Part shown: positions 45,612 to 54,964 of the stretch, one piece after another
Numbering within the stretch: position 1 is the first letter of the stretch
Layout of the letters: every line of letters begins with the position of its first letter
DNA from: a virus
Taxonomy: Duplodnaviria > Caudoviricetes
Virus record (IMG/VR): IMGVR_UViG_3300044695_005296
Location: 1 to 58,493 of that record
Strand: one strand, 5' to 3'
Length of the DNA stretch: 58,493 nucleotides
Program-made: the position numbers and the translations under genes
The notes under the pieces: generated by a model
What the model was told of the DNA's origin: nothing
The model's input: the letters and a program-made list of their open reading frames with translations, nothing else
Database searches by the model: none

Positions 45612-45938
45612 TTATACCTCGGAGATTCTTGCCTTAACCGTTAGGTGGTGACGAAGAGATTCCTGCAAGATGCCAATAACAATAAAGGTCTTTCCATGGA
45701 CAACCAGGCGGTCGTCTGGTGCCGGTCGACTTGTTCCGGTTAGGAACGGCAGGTAGAACTCATAAAACTCTTCAGCCCGGCGGCCGGTGTCATTCTGCTG
45801 TTCAATGTTGTAACGCTTCTGGTAGTGACCCTTCTTGGTCCAGACTACAGACGTGGTCCGGATAGGCGTGCCCATTGCGTCTTGGGACGTTGTTCCCGGT
45901 CGGGCAAGCTGTATGGAGGCATTGAATCCTGGAATCAT
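45612..45938 (-). CDS. Head closure/stopper protein
   Basis: QDAMG...DRLVVHGKTFIV; size and position. Confidence 0.75.
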   Translation of the reverse strand: MIPGFNASIQLARPGTTSQDAMGTPIRTTSVVWTKKGHYQKRYNIEQQNDTGRRAEEFYEFYLPFLTGTSRPAPDDRLVVHGKTFIVIGILQESLRHHLTVKARISEV

Positions 45939-46870
45939 CGCAGTGCTGTTCCTTGATACTGGTCAAGGAGGGCCATGGCCGAACGTGGGATTCTTATGCT
46001 GCTTCCCATCTTGCCACCCTCACGCTCTCCTTGTGGGTTTGCGGCATACATTTCAAACTCGCCAATGCGGAACCGGGAAAGCCCGCCCATGCCCTGCTTA
46101 ATAAGGTTGTCCTTAGCAAGTAGGTCTACCGTGATCAGTGCCACGGCGTCCTTAACGGGCTGCGGGGCGGCCTGATAGCCGTGCGTGTAGGTAATCTCCA
46201 CAACGGGCTCAATCATTCCCAAGGCGACAATCGCCGGGAAAAGCGAATAGGTAACAGCGGCCAAAGAGGTGACCTCCACGTACCCGCGATCTTCGTTAAT
46301 GTAAAAGTCATTAACAGTAAAGCTGGCGCTCTGCTGGGCGCTAACGTGAACGCTCACTTCTGAAACTGAAACAATTGGGCGCTGGCGCACGTAGATGCGG
46401 CGGTTGGAGTGATTCCACGGGTGCTTCTCAGTGTTCTGGACGTACTCAAACGAGTAGCCCACGTAGGAGTCAGCAAGCCCGCCGGCAGCCTTAATAAGGC
46501 GCTCAATCTTCTGGTCGCTGAGTGGGGTGCCGTCTGGGTCGGTTAGGTCGCCAATCTCGTAAGAGCGGAACTCATCAACCGTAATATAGCCAAGGGGCTG
46601 ACCCTGGAATGGGGTTGCCCAAGAGCCAGATGCCAGGGTACTGGTGTTGTACAGGCGCCATGTGCTGAATTGATTACTGGCGCAGCTAGTGTCAATGTAC
46701 TCGTAGGCGGAGACGACCGCGTTGAGGGTGATGACCGAACCAATGTTAATAAAGGTGCCGCTCTGGGCCGCTGCTTCTGCAGACGTGGCTGCCCTGCCCA
46801 CCTGGATGGCGTTATACGTTGCCACGGCGGTCTGGATGTCTGAAACGTTGATTGTTAGTTTTACAGCCAT
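45935..46870 (-). CDS. Head-tail adaptor with extra N-terminal domain
   Basis: YITVDEF...LIKAA...D.YVG...RPIVSVS...ITYTHGY...PVKDAV. Confidence 0.8.
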   Translation of the reverse strand: MAVKLTINVSDIQTAVATYNAIQVGRAATSAEAAAQSGTFINIGSVITLNAVVSAYEYIDTSCASNQFSTWRLYNTSTLASGSWATPFQGQPLGYITVDEFRSYEIGDLTDPDGTPLSDQKIERLIKAAGGLADSYVGYSFEYVQNTEKHPWNHSNRRIYVRQRPIVSVSEVSVHVSAQQSASFTVNDFYINEDRGYVEVTSLAAVTYSLFPAIVALGMIEPVVEITYTHGYQAAPQPVKDAVALITVDLLAKDNLIKQGMGGLSRFRIGEFEMYAANPQGEREGGKMGSSIRIPRSAMALLDQYQGTALR

Positions 46871-46917
46871 ATTCGTATTCTCCAAAATTTATCGGTTTGA
46901 CGCCATAGGGAGGCTAT

Positions 46918-47169
46918 CTACGCTTTGCCTTCAATTAATCGGCAACCGTTGCGCTCAGCGCTGTCTAAATGCTTTGCAGGTATCTTGGCCCTTTTGTTAA
47001 CAAAACGCACAAAATATCCGCCATCTAGCCCCAGAACGCCGTCCATAATCCACTCAATTTCTACAAGCTGATCGGATTTACGAAAGGCAACTTCTCGAAT
47101 ATGCCTTTTTGCAAGATTGGCTGCATGATCTTCCATGGTTAGCGGTTTGATAATTTTCTTACGCGGCAT
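46918..47169 (-). CDS. Hypothetical head-module protein
   Basis: GAGGT RBS; between the capsid and adaptor genes. Confidence 0.65.
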   Translation of the reverse strand: MPRKKIIKPLTMEDHAANLAKRHIREVAFRKSDQLVEIEWIMDGVLGLDGGYFVRFVNKRAKIPAKHLDSAERNGCRLIEGKA

Positions 47170-47180
47170 TTCTACCTCTA

Positions 47181-47214
47181 AATAGTAGAGGCGGAGCCTA
47201 AGCCCCGCCTCTAC
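47181..47214 (-). terminator. Rho-independent terminator after the major capsid gene
   Basis: GTAGAGGCGGGGC-TTAG-GCTCCGCCTCTAC-TATTT. Confidence 0.75.
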
Positions 47215-47234
47215 ATTAGTTCCTATCGAAAAGA

Positions 47235-48461
47235 TTACACGTTTACGCGAATCTTGCCGTTGAACTGCGGTGCCTTGTTCGCAAGACCGAACATTACATA
47301 CATAATGTACAGGCGCGAAAGGGAACCGGCCACGCCAATTGGAATCTCCAACGTCGTGATCGAGTCCGAGCCAAGGTATGGCATCGACCAGGAATCCTCG
47401 TCCACGACATACATGTCGCGGTGGCCCTGGGCGCTGATGGTGTACGTACCAATGCTGTCGCCTGGAACTGGAAGGAGTGGAAGCTCACCAGCGGCCGTAA
47501 CTACGGTGCCGAGGGTAAGTCCCATTGCCTGCTGTCCCTGCGATGGGGCATTGTAACGAACAAGGTTCGTTACTTCGTTAACAAGACCGGCGTAATCCGT
47601 TGGCGAGCAAAGGATTGCCGATGGGTTTCCACCCGCGTTAAGAATCGAAGCAACGTTATCGTTGATCGTCGCAAGATAGGTGGCAGACGACTTGTTTACG
47701 ATCTGCGCAGCAGCAGCGGCGGAGCCGAGGTGCTTGCGGAGGCCGGTAAAGCCGTTTGCATCGTATGCGCCAAGCTCAGTTGCAGCGCCGGCCGAAGCCG
47801 TCGTGTCAGCGTTACCCTGGAACAGGGCAGTCTGAAGCTTTGCCGCTATGGCAGTGACGCCACCCGCAAGCTCGGTTGAAAGGCCGTTGAACGGCCCGCC
47901 ACCCTGACCAAGTGCAAACTGTGACTTCAGCGTGATCCCACGGCGCGTTGCAAGCACAGCGACGTTAGTCGTCTGGCGAGCATAGGTCGAGGAATCATCG
48001 GTTACGGTGCCAGTTTCCGTCTGGAAAACTGCGGTACCGTAAGCGCTCTGCTGATTGAACGCGTGCACGAGGCCGTTTGCCGGCTCCTTGCGGATGCGCT
48101 CGAAGAATGGGAACTTCTTTACGAACAGCGAGTAAAGGATTGGCTCTAGGTCCTGTCGGATAAGGGCCGATCCACCGCTGCTGTCAAGAAGCTTGGCAAT
48201 GTTGGGGTTAGCAACTGCCAACTGATTAAGGACGTCGGACGAAGCCTGCTTGCCGGTCTCGCGGGCTGCCTGAATGTCAAGCATCTCGTGAAGGTCGGAC
48301 GTGTTCATCTTCGAGAACTTCTTGCGAAGGTCCTTCTGAATCGCGTAGGCCTCGGCGGCGTCGAAAGTCTTCCCTGCGCCCGAATCTCGGGTCACTACGG
48401 ACTCGTTAAGGGTTTCAAGACCCTGCTCGAATCCGCCTAGGATCTCTCGGTTGTCGCTCAT
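47235..48461 (-). CDS. Major capsid protein (HK97 fold)
   Basis: 408 aa directly after the protease/scaffold; ALIRQDLEP, LFQGN...FTGL; followed by a terminator. Confidence 0.85.
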   Translation of the reverse strand: MSDNREILGGFEQGLETLNESVVTRDSGAGKTFDAAEAYAIQKDLRKKFSKMNTSDLHEMLDIQAARETGKQASSDVLNQLAVANPNIAKLLDSSGGSALIRQDLEPILYSLFVKKFPFFERIRKEPANGLVHAFNQQSAYGTAVFQTETGTVTDDSSTYARQTTNVAVLATRRGITLKSQFALGQGGGPFNGLSTELAGGVTAIAAKLQTALFQGNADTTASAGAATELGAYDANGFTGLRKHLGSAAAAAQIVNKSSATYLATINDNVASILNAGGNPSAILCSPTDYAGLVNEVTNLVRYNAPSQGQQAMGLTLGTVVTAAGELPLLPVPGDSIGTYTISAQGHRDMYVVDEDSWSMPYLGSDSITTLEIPIGVAGSLSRLYIMYVMFGLANKAPQFNGKIRVNV

Positions 48462-48467
48462 GATTTA

Positions 48468-50051
48468 TTACTCCTGAGTCTCCAGCACACGCTGGATGTA
48501 TGGGCTTAGCCAAGGTGCGGATGTTGCCATCTCGCCCGTGGCGCGCTTGATGGCTGGAACGTGACTGACGGGGACGTCAATCAGTCTACCAACCAGGTCC
48601 AATGTCTTTTCCAACTCCAGCTCGACCTTGGCCTTTGCGGCAATGACTTCGGCAACGCTCTTCTTCAGGGCTGTTACCTCTGCCTGTGCTGCAAGTGCTG
48701 CATCTAGCGCAGACTTGGCAATTTCGGCGACCTCGGCAAGAGCTGCTGTATCGACCGACTTATCATCCGCAGCAGCTTCTGGCTCTGCGGCATGTTCAAT
48801 TTCCGTTGCTGGCGCTTCTACCGGAGCCTCTGGCTCAACGGCTGGCGCCTCAACGGCGGGGGTCTCTTCGACCTTCTCTTCTGCTGGGGCCTCTGGCTCC
48901 ACAGCATTTGCCGCAGCTTCAGCGGCCTGTCGGGCCTGCCGGGCGGCAATCTCTAGGTCGGTATCCTTGACAACTTCTGCGCCAAGGGCCTCTAGGGCCA
49001 CAACGTGCGCAGGCTCGTCCTCTGCTGCAGCCTCTTCTGCTGGTGCGTCTACGGCCGGCTCTTCAGCCGGAGCCTCTACTGGCGCCTCTGGGGCGACTTC
49101 TGCTGCTGGCACTACGGCCTCTTCAGCAATAATCTCGTTCTCGTTTTCCACGTTCTTTACCTCCAATGGTTCGCCCTGTGGGCGCTGATCTTGCTCGATG
49201 CCCGAGGTCAGTACTTCTGCCTCTCCTGGCTCTTCAACTTCATGCGTCTCGACAACAAGGCTGTCAAAAGACTTTGCGGCACGAAGGGTGGACATTTTGT
49301 GCCCAACAATTGTGTCCGTTGCCTTGTCATCTTTATAAACGCGAATAAGGACAGCCGGATCGCCTTCCTCTGCGTTAATTGTAAACGAAGAACCAGGCAC
49401 CTTAACGCTGCCTTCGCGAACAATCTTAGTGATTTTTCCGCGAGCCGTTCCACCGCTAGAGCCCCAGCTGACCATATCGCCAACGCTAAAGTTGCCATGG
49501 GCCTTTTGCTCTTCGACAGCAGTGCTGCGAAGGCTCTTAACAGCGTTCTGTAGGTATGAGCGCTGGTTTGCTGGAATACCAACAACTGAGGCTTCCATCA
49601 ACTTGACGCTATCAATAACGTATGTCTCTTCCCCGGTTGACTTATCAACCTTTTTGCTTACTCTGTCAACTCTTGCGCCAATTGAAAGGCCAAGCTTGAC
49701 ACCACGCTTGATTGCGCGATAGGCACGAATTGCCTCTGGGTTCTCGTCCTCAGAAACAACAGATATATCGACGTCAAGGTCAAAGACCTCTTGGCCATCT
49801 TCGTCAATGCGCTTGACAATGCGAGCGTCCTTGACTGAGCCAAACAGGTCATCAGGGACCTGGTACTCGTGGTTGAGCCAAATGGTCATGTTCTGCTTTG
49901 CGGTTGCCTCCATGCTCTTTAAAGCAGATAGGGTCATCTCATCTCCGTGGAGGTCCCTAATCGTGGAAGAAGTGGTGCCGGTTACAAAACGGTCGCCGTT
50001 ATCAGCTTCGTAAGCCTTTAACGCATTTGTATAGATCTTGAAATCAGACAT
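48468..50051 (-). CDS. HK97-family prohead protease fused to a Tudor-like domain and an acidic scaffold
   Basis: DLHGDEM, LNH, GLSIG, LMEASVVGIPAN; VGDMVSW.SSGG.ARGKI; Ala/Glu/Pro-rich tail. Confidence 0.9.
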   Translation of the reverse strand: MSDFKIYTNALKAYEADNGDRFVTGTTSSTIRDLHGDEMTLSALKSMEATAKQNMTIWLNHEYQVPDDLFGSVKDARIVKRIDEDGQEVFDLDVDISVVSEDENPEAIRAYRAIKRGVKLGLSIGARVDRVSKKVDKSTGEETYVIDSVKLMEASVVGIPANQRSYLQNAVKSLRSTAVEEQKAHGNFSVGDMVSWGSSGGTARGKITKIVREGSVKVPGSSFTINAEEGDPAVLIRVYKDDKATDTIVGHKMSTLRAAKSFDSLVVETHEVEEPGEAEVLTSGIEQDQRPQGEPLEVKNVENENEIIAEEAVVPAAEVAPEAPVEAPAEEPAVDAPAEEAAAEDEPAHVVALEALGAEVVKDTDLEIAARQARQAAEAAANAVEPEAPAEEKVEETPAVEAPAVEPEAPVEAPATEIEHAAEPEAAADDKSVDTAALAEVAEIAKSALDAALAAQAEVTALKKSVAEVIAAKAKVELELEKTLDLVGRLIDVPVSHVPAIKRATGEMATSAPWLSPYIQRVLETQE

Positions 50052-50192
50052 GATTCCCCCTCTAAGGCCGACACAACTTGGCCAGCCGGTAGATAATACA
50101 CATGCTTTATCCTGTAACACAACGCGCTACAAATCTATACCTTTAGTATCTGCACGCAGTTGTGTGTCTAGTGTCATACCATGCTGGAAACA

Positions 50193-50201
50193 TGATAACA
50201 T
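50193..50201 (+). promoter_or_regulatory. Extended -10 promoter, leaderless (TGA-TAACAT-N7-ATG)
   Basis: Hexamer is 7 nt from ATG 50209; no SD. Confidence 0.5.
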
Positions 50202-50208
50202 AGCCCCC

Positions 50209-50643
50209 ATGGAAAAATGCATACTTTGCCAGCAGATACGCGAGTCCGGTTCTGAGGTGCAGGATCTGGCATCGGCACTGCTCCGCTTGCAGAGAACGAT
50301 CCAGCCAATCCTGGAGAGCTACGACCGGCAGCGCAAAGCCCACCATCGATGCGCCCTGTGCACCATCTTGGTTGGAGACTCCCACACGGAAAACACGCTG
50401 GTCCTTGAACCTATGGTTCCACGGGCTAAGGGGCAAAAGCGTTACGCGGTTTGTCCAAATTGCCACAAGCACTTAAAGTCACTGCGCATGAGTGTTCCTC
50501 AGGCAAGAAAATACCATCAAAGGCTTGACGAGATATTGCAAAAGGAAGAAGAGCTAGAAGAGGCAAGCCTGCCAACCCTGGAGGAAGCCGAGGCGGAGGC
50601 CAGAGCCTGGGCACTGGAGTCCTTGACAGAAGATGAATCCTGA
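50209..50643 (+). CDS. Hypothetical protein with three CxxC motifs
   Basis: CILC, CALC, CPNC. Confidence 0.65.
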   Translation: MEKCILCQQIRESGSEVQDLASALLRLQRTIQPILESYDRQRKAHHRCALCTILVGDSHTENTLVLEPMVPRAKGQKRYAVCPNCHKHLKSLRMSVPQARKYHQRLDEILQKEEELEEASLPTLEEAEAEARAWALESLTEDES

Positions 50644-50857
50644 CATTCAATCAACCGTAGAGGTTGAGTTTGTTGATATTACCTGCGTAGTTCCTGTATG
50701 GTGGAGCCCATACATGTCGCAGTACACGGTAACGTATCGCAACGGGAGAAGAGTGGTATCCTGTACAAGAGCAGAGATGCAGGACCACGTAAACAAGCAA
50801 ATGACGGATTCAATCTTTCGCAGGGCACTGCGGGGCGGGATTCGAGGGAGAGGCTAA
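50633..50857 (+). CDS. Hypothetical protein
   Basis: Tiles between neighbouring genes. Confidence 0.6.
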   Translation: MNPDIQSTVEVEFVDITCVVPVWWSPYMSQYTVTYRNGRRVVSCTRAEMQDHVNKQMTDSIFRRALRGGIRGRG

Positions 50858-52987
50858 ATGGCAGATGACAGGTCGCTAATTGACCGAATACTGAATCGAA
50901 ACCCCACAAGCGTAAAGGCTGGCGGAACAGCAATTGTTCCTGATTACGACATTGGGCCATACGCCCGTGGCGTCGGCACCGTGCAGATGACCCGCAGGAG
51001 CGTTCTTCAGCTCCGCAAGTGGTCTCGCAGCAACCCGTGGATTCGCTCGGCGATCAACCTTCGTCGCCAGCAGGTCAGCCGCGCCAAGTGGGACATTGTT
51101 ACCTACGACGGAGAAGAGCGCGGCACAGTTCGAAAGATTAACCAGGTAAAGGATCTCTTGCGCTCACCAAACCGCCGAATGGATTCTTGGCGTTCATTAA
51201 TTGAGCCAGTTGTTGAGGATATCCTTGTTCTTGACCAGGGTTGCATTGAAGTAATTCCAACTCGCGGCGGAGCAATTGGGCTAGAAAGCGCAAAGCCCGT
51301 AGCAGAGCTTATTGCCAGGAATGGCGGCAACATTGCGTTCAACAACGAGTGGGACGGAGAAGACGACGCTGACGCGCGCTATTTTGAGGTTGATGAAACT
51401 GGCCGACAGGTTCGAAAGTTTAAGAACCACGAGCTTTTGGTCATCATTGCAAACCCAGTTACCTATTCCCCAATTGGGCTTTCGCCGCTTGAAGTTTTGG
51501 CAGACACCATTGAGGCCGACCTTACGGCTGCCGCCTACAACGCAAAGGCCGTTTCGCAGGCAGCCCCTCCAGGGGTTCTGCATCTTGGCGAAGGAATTCG
51601 CGCAGACCAGGTTGATTCGTTTAAGGCGTACTGGGACACCGAGATTTCCGGACGCAGCCAGATTGCCATTACAGGCGGCGGCAAGGGCGTTCAGTGGATT
51701 CCCCTTGCGTCCACCAACCGCGACATGCAGTTCATGGAGTGGCAGGTCTACCTTGCCCGAAAGATCTGCGCGGTCTTTGGCGTTCAGCCACAGGACATCG
51801 GCATTACCATGGACGTTAACCGAGCAAGCGCCGAGGTTGGCGCGGCATTTACTGCCGACAACGGCATCGCCCCGCTGCTTGATCTTATCGCTGAGTACAT
51901 GACCCGTGAAATTATCTGGCGCTACGACAAGAATCTTCGTTTTGTGTACACGGAAGTTGGCCGAGAGAGCCAAAGCGCCATGTCTAGCTACTACAAGGCT
52001 GCACTCTCAGGAATGCCTTGGCTAAAGCTTAACGAAGCCCTGCAGGAGCGCGGTCACGAAAGCATTGGCGAAATGGGGGACGACATTTTTGTTCCTTCGC
52101 CCAAGGGCTATATCCCGCTTTCGCGCTATACGGAATACCTCGACAGTGCGCTTGGGAAGACAGAAGACCCAAACAGCCCAAATGAACCAGACGGCGACGA
52201 CGCACCACCATCACAGGGCGGCCCAGACAATCCGGGCGAAGAGCCCAATCAGGGCGAAACCATGAACCCGCAACAGCAAACCAGCAAGGCGCTTCTTGGC
52301 TTAATGATTGGCATTGAGGCCCTATACGACGAAGACTGGGAGATTCGACCGAAGGTGGCTGAGGCTATTGCCGAAGCCAAGGATTCCGGTCGGCGCATTG
52401 CTATCGTTGTTGGCTTTAAGAACGACAAGGAAGAGATTGCCGAGTGGCTTAGCGAGGACAACATTCCTTATGACGATTTGATTATTAATACGTGGCCAGA
52501 AGGCACAGAAAACCGATTCCGCCTGTATGCCGCAAGCAAGCTAATGCGAGATGGCGAGCTGGAAATCATTGAGAAGACCGACGAACTGGCTGAGGAGTAC
52601 AGGAAGATTGGCGCATCGTTTGTTGCGGTAAACATTTCTAACGACCCAATTGAAGCCCAGAAGGAAGGCGCGAGCACAGTCGCCCCAGCTGGAGCCAAGG
52701 CAGAAGCTCGCAAGGGATTGAAGTGGCGAGAAGAGTTTGGTCGTGGCGGAATTGGCCCAGGCCAAGCTACCGCGCGAATGATTATTGGCAACCGACTGAC
52801 TATTGCCCGAATCCGCAAGATGAGCGCCTACTTTGCTCGTCACGAAGTTGACAAGAAGGGCAAGGGCTGGGCTCCTGGCTCCGAAGGATTCCCAAGCAAC
52901 GGGCGAATCGCTTGGGCGCTATGGGGTGGAGACCCTGGGAGGACGTGGTCGGCAAAGGTATCTCGCCAAAGCAAGGAAAAGAAGTAG
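50858..52987 (+). CDS. HK97-family portal protein with two extra C-terminal domains
   Basis: GLSPLE, RDMQFME...ICAVFGVQP..IG, NEAL.ERG..SI..GDD portal motifs. Confidence 0.92.
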   Translation: MADDRSLIDRILNRNPTSVKAGGTAIVPDYDIGPYARGVGTVQMTRRSVLQLRKWSRSNPWIRSAINLRRQQVSRAKWDIVTYDGEERGTVRKINQVKDLLRSPNRRMDSWRSLIEPVVEDILVLDQGCIEVIPTRGGAIGLESAKPVAELIARNGGNIAFNNEWDGEDDADARYFEVDETGRQVRKFKNHELLVIIANPVTYSPIGLSPLEVLADTIEADLTAAAYNAKAVSQAAPPGVLHLGEGIRADQVDSFKAYWDTEISGRSQIAITGGGKGVQWIPLASTNRDMQFMEWQVYLARKICAVFGVQPQDIGITMDVNRASAEVGAAFTADNGIAPLLDLIAEYMTREIIWRYDKNLRFVYTEVGRESQSAMSSYYKAALSGMPWLKLNEALQERGHESIGEMGDDIFVPSPKGYIPLSRYTEYLDSALGKTEDPNSPNEPDGDDAPPSQGGPDNPGEEPNQGETMNPQQQTSKALLGLMIGIEALYDEDWEIRPKVAEAIAEAKDSGRRIAIVVGFKNDKEEIAEWLSEDNIPYDDLIINTWPEGTENRFRLYAASKLMRDGELEIIEKTDELAEEYRKIGASFVAVNISNDPIEAQKEGASTVAPAGAKAEARKGLKWREEFGRGGIGPGQATARMIIGNRLTIARIRKMSAYFARHEVDKKGKGWAPGSEGFPSNGRIAWALWGGDPGRTWSAKVSRQSKEKK

Positions 52988-52988
52988 C

Positions 52989-53756
52989 GTGCAGCCACTC
53001 TCATTTTCCGACCAGCTTTGGGTCACGGGCGTAGCGAGAAACGTCGGACCGCACCTTGATGCAGTTTTGGCAAACTTTGATCGCCTATCCGAGATGTACC
53101 CAGACATTCATTTTAGCCTTTTTGAAAATGACTCTGACGATGACACGCGATCCAAGCTGGAAAGTTGGGTTGCCGAAAAGTACAATGCGCACCTGAACAT
53201 TCAAGACGGCCTAAGCGAGCGGATTAAGGACAGGGTTGACCGCATTGCCTACGCTCGCAACGTTGCACTTTCTGCCGTAAACTTTTATAAGGCAAAAATG
53301 ATTCTTAACGTAGACATGGATGAGGTTTTTACTAGGCCCCTAGAAACAAAATCGTTTGTTTCGGCTATGAATACCTTAACGGAGTGCGACGTTGTTACGG
53401 CAAACGGCCATGGTGGTTATTACGACATTTACGCACTGCGTATTCCCGAAATCCTGGAGTACGACTGCTGGGATCTTTATTACTGGCTCGTCCGAGAGCA
53501 AGGGTGGGAAAAAGAGAAGGCCATATATCATGCAATTGAAAAATGGAAAGATTTTATGCCCACTGTTGAAAAGCCAATGGAGGTATGGTCGGCGTTTAAC
53601 GCTGCCGCCTTGTACCGAGCCGATGCGTTTGAGGGCTTTGTGAAATACAACACACAAGACCTATTGGGACAGAAGGTTTGCGAGCACGTTGGCATGCACG
53701 AACGGATGCGGGTAAACGGCAAGCGCATTGTCTTTGACCCAAACTTCCGCGTATGA
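52989..53756 (+). CDS. GT-A fold glycosyltransferase (CAP59-like)
   Basis: FENDSDD.T, RIAYARN, VDMD, YYDIYALR, SAFN, CEHV. Confidence 0.8.
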   Translation: MQPLSFSDQLWVTGVARNVGPHLDAVLANFDRLSEMYPDIHFSLFENDSDDDTRSKLESWVAEKYNAHLNIQDGLSERIKDRVDRIAYARNVALSAVNFYKAKMILNVDMDEVFTRPLETKSFVSAMNTLTECDVVTANGHGGYYDIYALRIPEILEYDCWDLYYWLVREQGWEKEKAIYHAIEKWKDFMPTVEKPMEVWSAFNAAALYRADAFEGFVKYNTQDLLGQKVCEHVGMHERMRVNGKRIVFDPNFRV

Positions 53757-53899
53757 GCGATAAGTTTTATCACCCAGCAACATGCTTTTGCCTGCCTTGC
53801 CGCGCTCTTCGCCAAGAAGGCGTAGCCAAGCCCGCCAAGAAGGCGGTTCCGGAAGAGGAGCCAGCCAAGAAGCCTAAGAAGAAGAAACGTGGCGCATAA
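53753..53899 (+). CDS. 48-aa basic protein (not in ORF track)
   Basis: ATGA overlap with the upstream stop; MSDKFYHPATCFCLPCR...KKPKKKKRGA*. Confidence 0.6.
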   Translation: MSDKFYHPATCFCLPCRALRQEGVAKPAKKAVPEEEPAKKPKKKKRGA

Positions 53900-54185
53900 A
53901 GACCCCGTCACCCCAGACGTGTATGCGGCCGTTATGTTGCGGGACGAGCGATCCTGCATTGGCCCAGGCATTGGCATGGCTGGAGAGTGCGGTAGCCAGT
54001 GGGGGCCGGGAAGGCCTGTTGTCCTAGAGATTGACCATGTGAACAACGCTGGGTTTGGCAAGCGTGGGCCTTCCGTAGAAGAAAATCTTGTGGTATTATG
54101 CGGCTACCACCATCGCATCAAGACCGAGACAAGTCGGGTCTGGCGAGCGGCAATTAACGAATACCTACGGGGGCACTATGAATAA
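53889..54185 (+). CDS. HNH endonuclease
   Basis: RD...C...LEIDHV...NLVVLCGYHH..KT. Confidence 0.85.
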   Translation: MAHKDPVTPDVYAAVMLRDERSCIGPGIGMAGECGSQWGPGRPVVLEIDHVNNAGFGKRGPSVEENLVVLCGYHHRIKTETSRVWRAAINEYLRGHYE

Positions 54186-54414
54186 TTTTGGACGATGGGA
54201 CGGCAACAAGAGCATGTTTGGCAGGCTTGTGTGCGACATGCCTGAGTGCCTAAATAGGACTGCCGGATCTACGCACAAGACTGCATATTTCAAAGACCTT
54301 GGCCCCGTAGTTGAGGTTGGCTCTTCTCGAAAACACATCCGCTGCCTGGTTGCCAAGACCGAAAACGAGGTCGTTACCAAGGCTATCACAGAATCGGTTG
54401 ACCAAGCCGAATAG
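54178..54414 (+). CDS. Hypothetical protein, possibly Zn-binding
   Basis: CxxxxC...HxxC; overlaps the HNH stop. Confidence 0.55.
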   Translation: MNNFGRWDGNKSMFGRLVCDMPECLNRTAGSTHKTAYFKDLGPVVEVGSSRKHIRCLVAKTENEVVTKAITESVDQAE

Positions 54415-54450
54415 GTGTGATACTATCCTTGCAGATAGCACTTTGCTATC
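54398..54450 (+). promoter_or_regulatory. Sigma70-type promoter with adjacent inverted repeat
   Basis: TTGACC-N17-TACTAT with TGn; GATAGCA-CTT-TGCTATC at 54434-54450. Confidence 0.7.
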
Positions 54451-54465
54451 AGTATTGGAGGCTTT

Positions 54466-54714
54466 ATGCAGTACGAAGATGCATACATTCAGGGCGCCAG
54501 CGCCCTGGCGGAAATTCTCCCAGCTGAGCTCCCGGCTGACCCTGCAACACGGATTGCCGTCCTGCAAGACGCAATTCCTAAAGCCCAGGAAGTCCTTGGC
54601 AACAAGGGGCATTGGGAGCACGAAGATTGGCTATCGGCCTGCGAGGGAATCTCCCACGTGGCGGTTCGGTGGCTGGAGGATGGAGTAGTGGCAAAGGTGA
54701 ATGCAGATGAGTAA
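54466..54714 (+). CDS. Hypothetical protein
   Basis: GGAGG RBS; first gene after the promoter. Confidence 0.7.
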   Translation: MQYEDAYIQGASALAEILPAELPADPATRIAVLQDAIPKAQEVLGNKGHWEHEDWLSACEGISHVAVRWLEDGVVAKVNADE

Positions 54715-54964
54715 GCAGAGCGGAGACGACTTTAAGCAGATCCGCCTTGCGCAAAAGCGGGAGACCGCAAAGGTATGGGAAATTATTCGAGAGTCTGGGA
54801 TTAAGCGGCGCTGGATTGCAAAGCATCTCGGAGTGTCGTATGGTTACCTCAACCAGGTGCAGTATGGTCACGCTCCAATGAGTGGGGCAATGCGCCAGCG
54901 CCTGAGTGAGTATTTAGGAATTCCCGAGAGCGAACTGTTCTCGGATCTGAAGGAGGAAAGTTAA
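54707..54964 (+). CDS. XRE/Cro-like HTH regulator
   Basis: GIKRRWIAKHLGVSYGYLNQV...LSEYLGIPESELF. Confidence 0.85.
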   Translation: MSKQSGDDFKQIRLAQKRETAKVWEIIRESGIKRRWIAKHLGVSYGYLNQVQYGHAPMSGAMRQRLSEYLGIPESELFSDLKEES

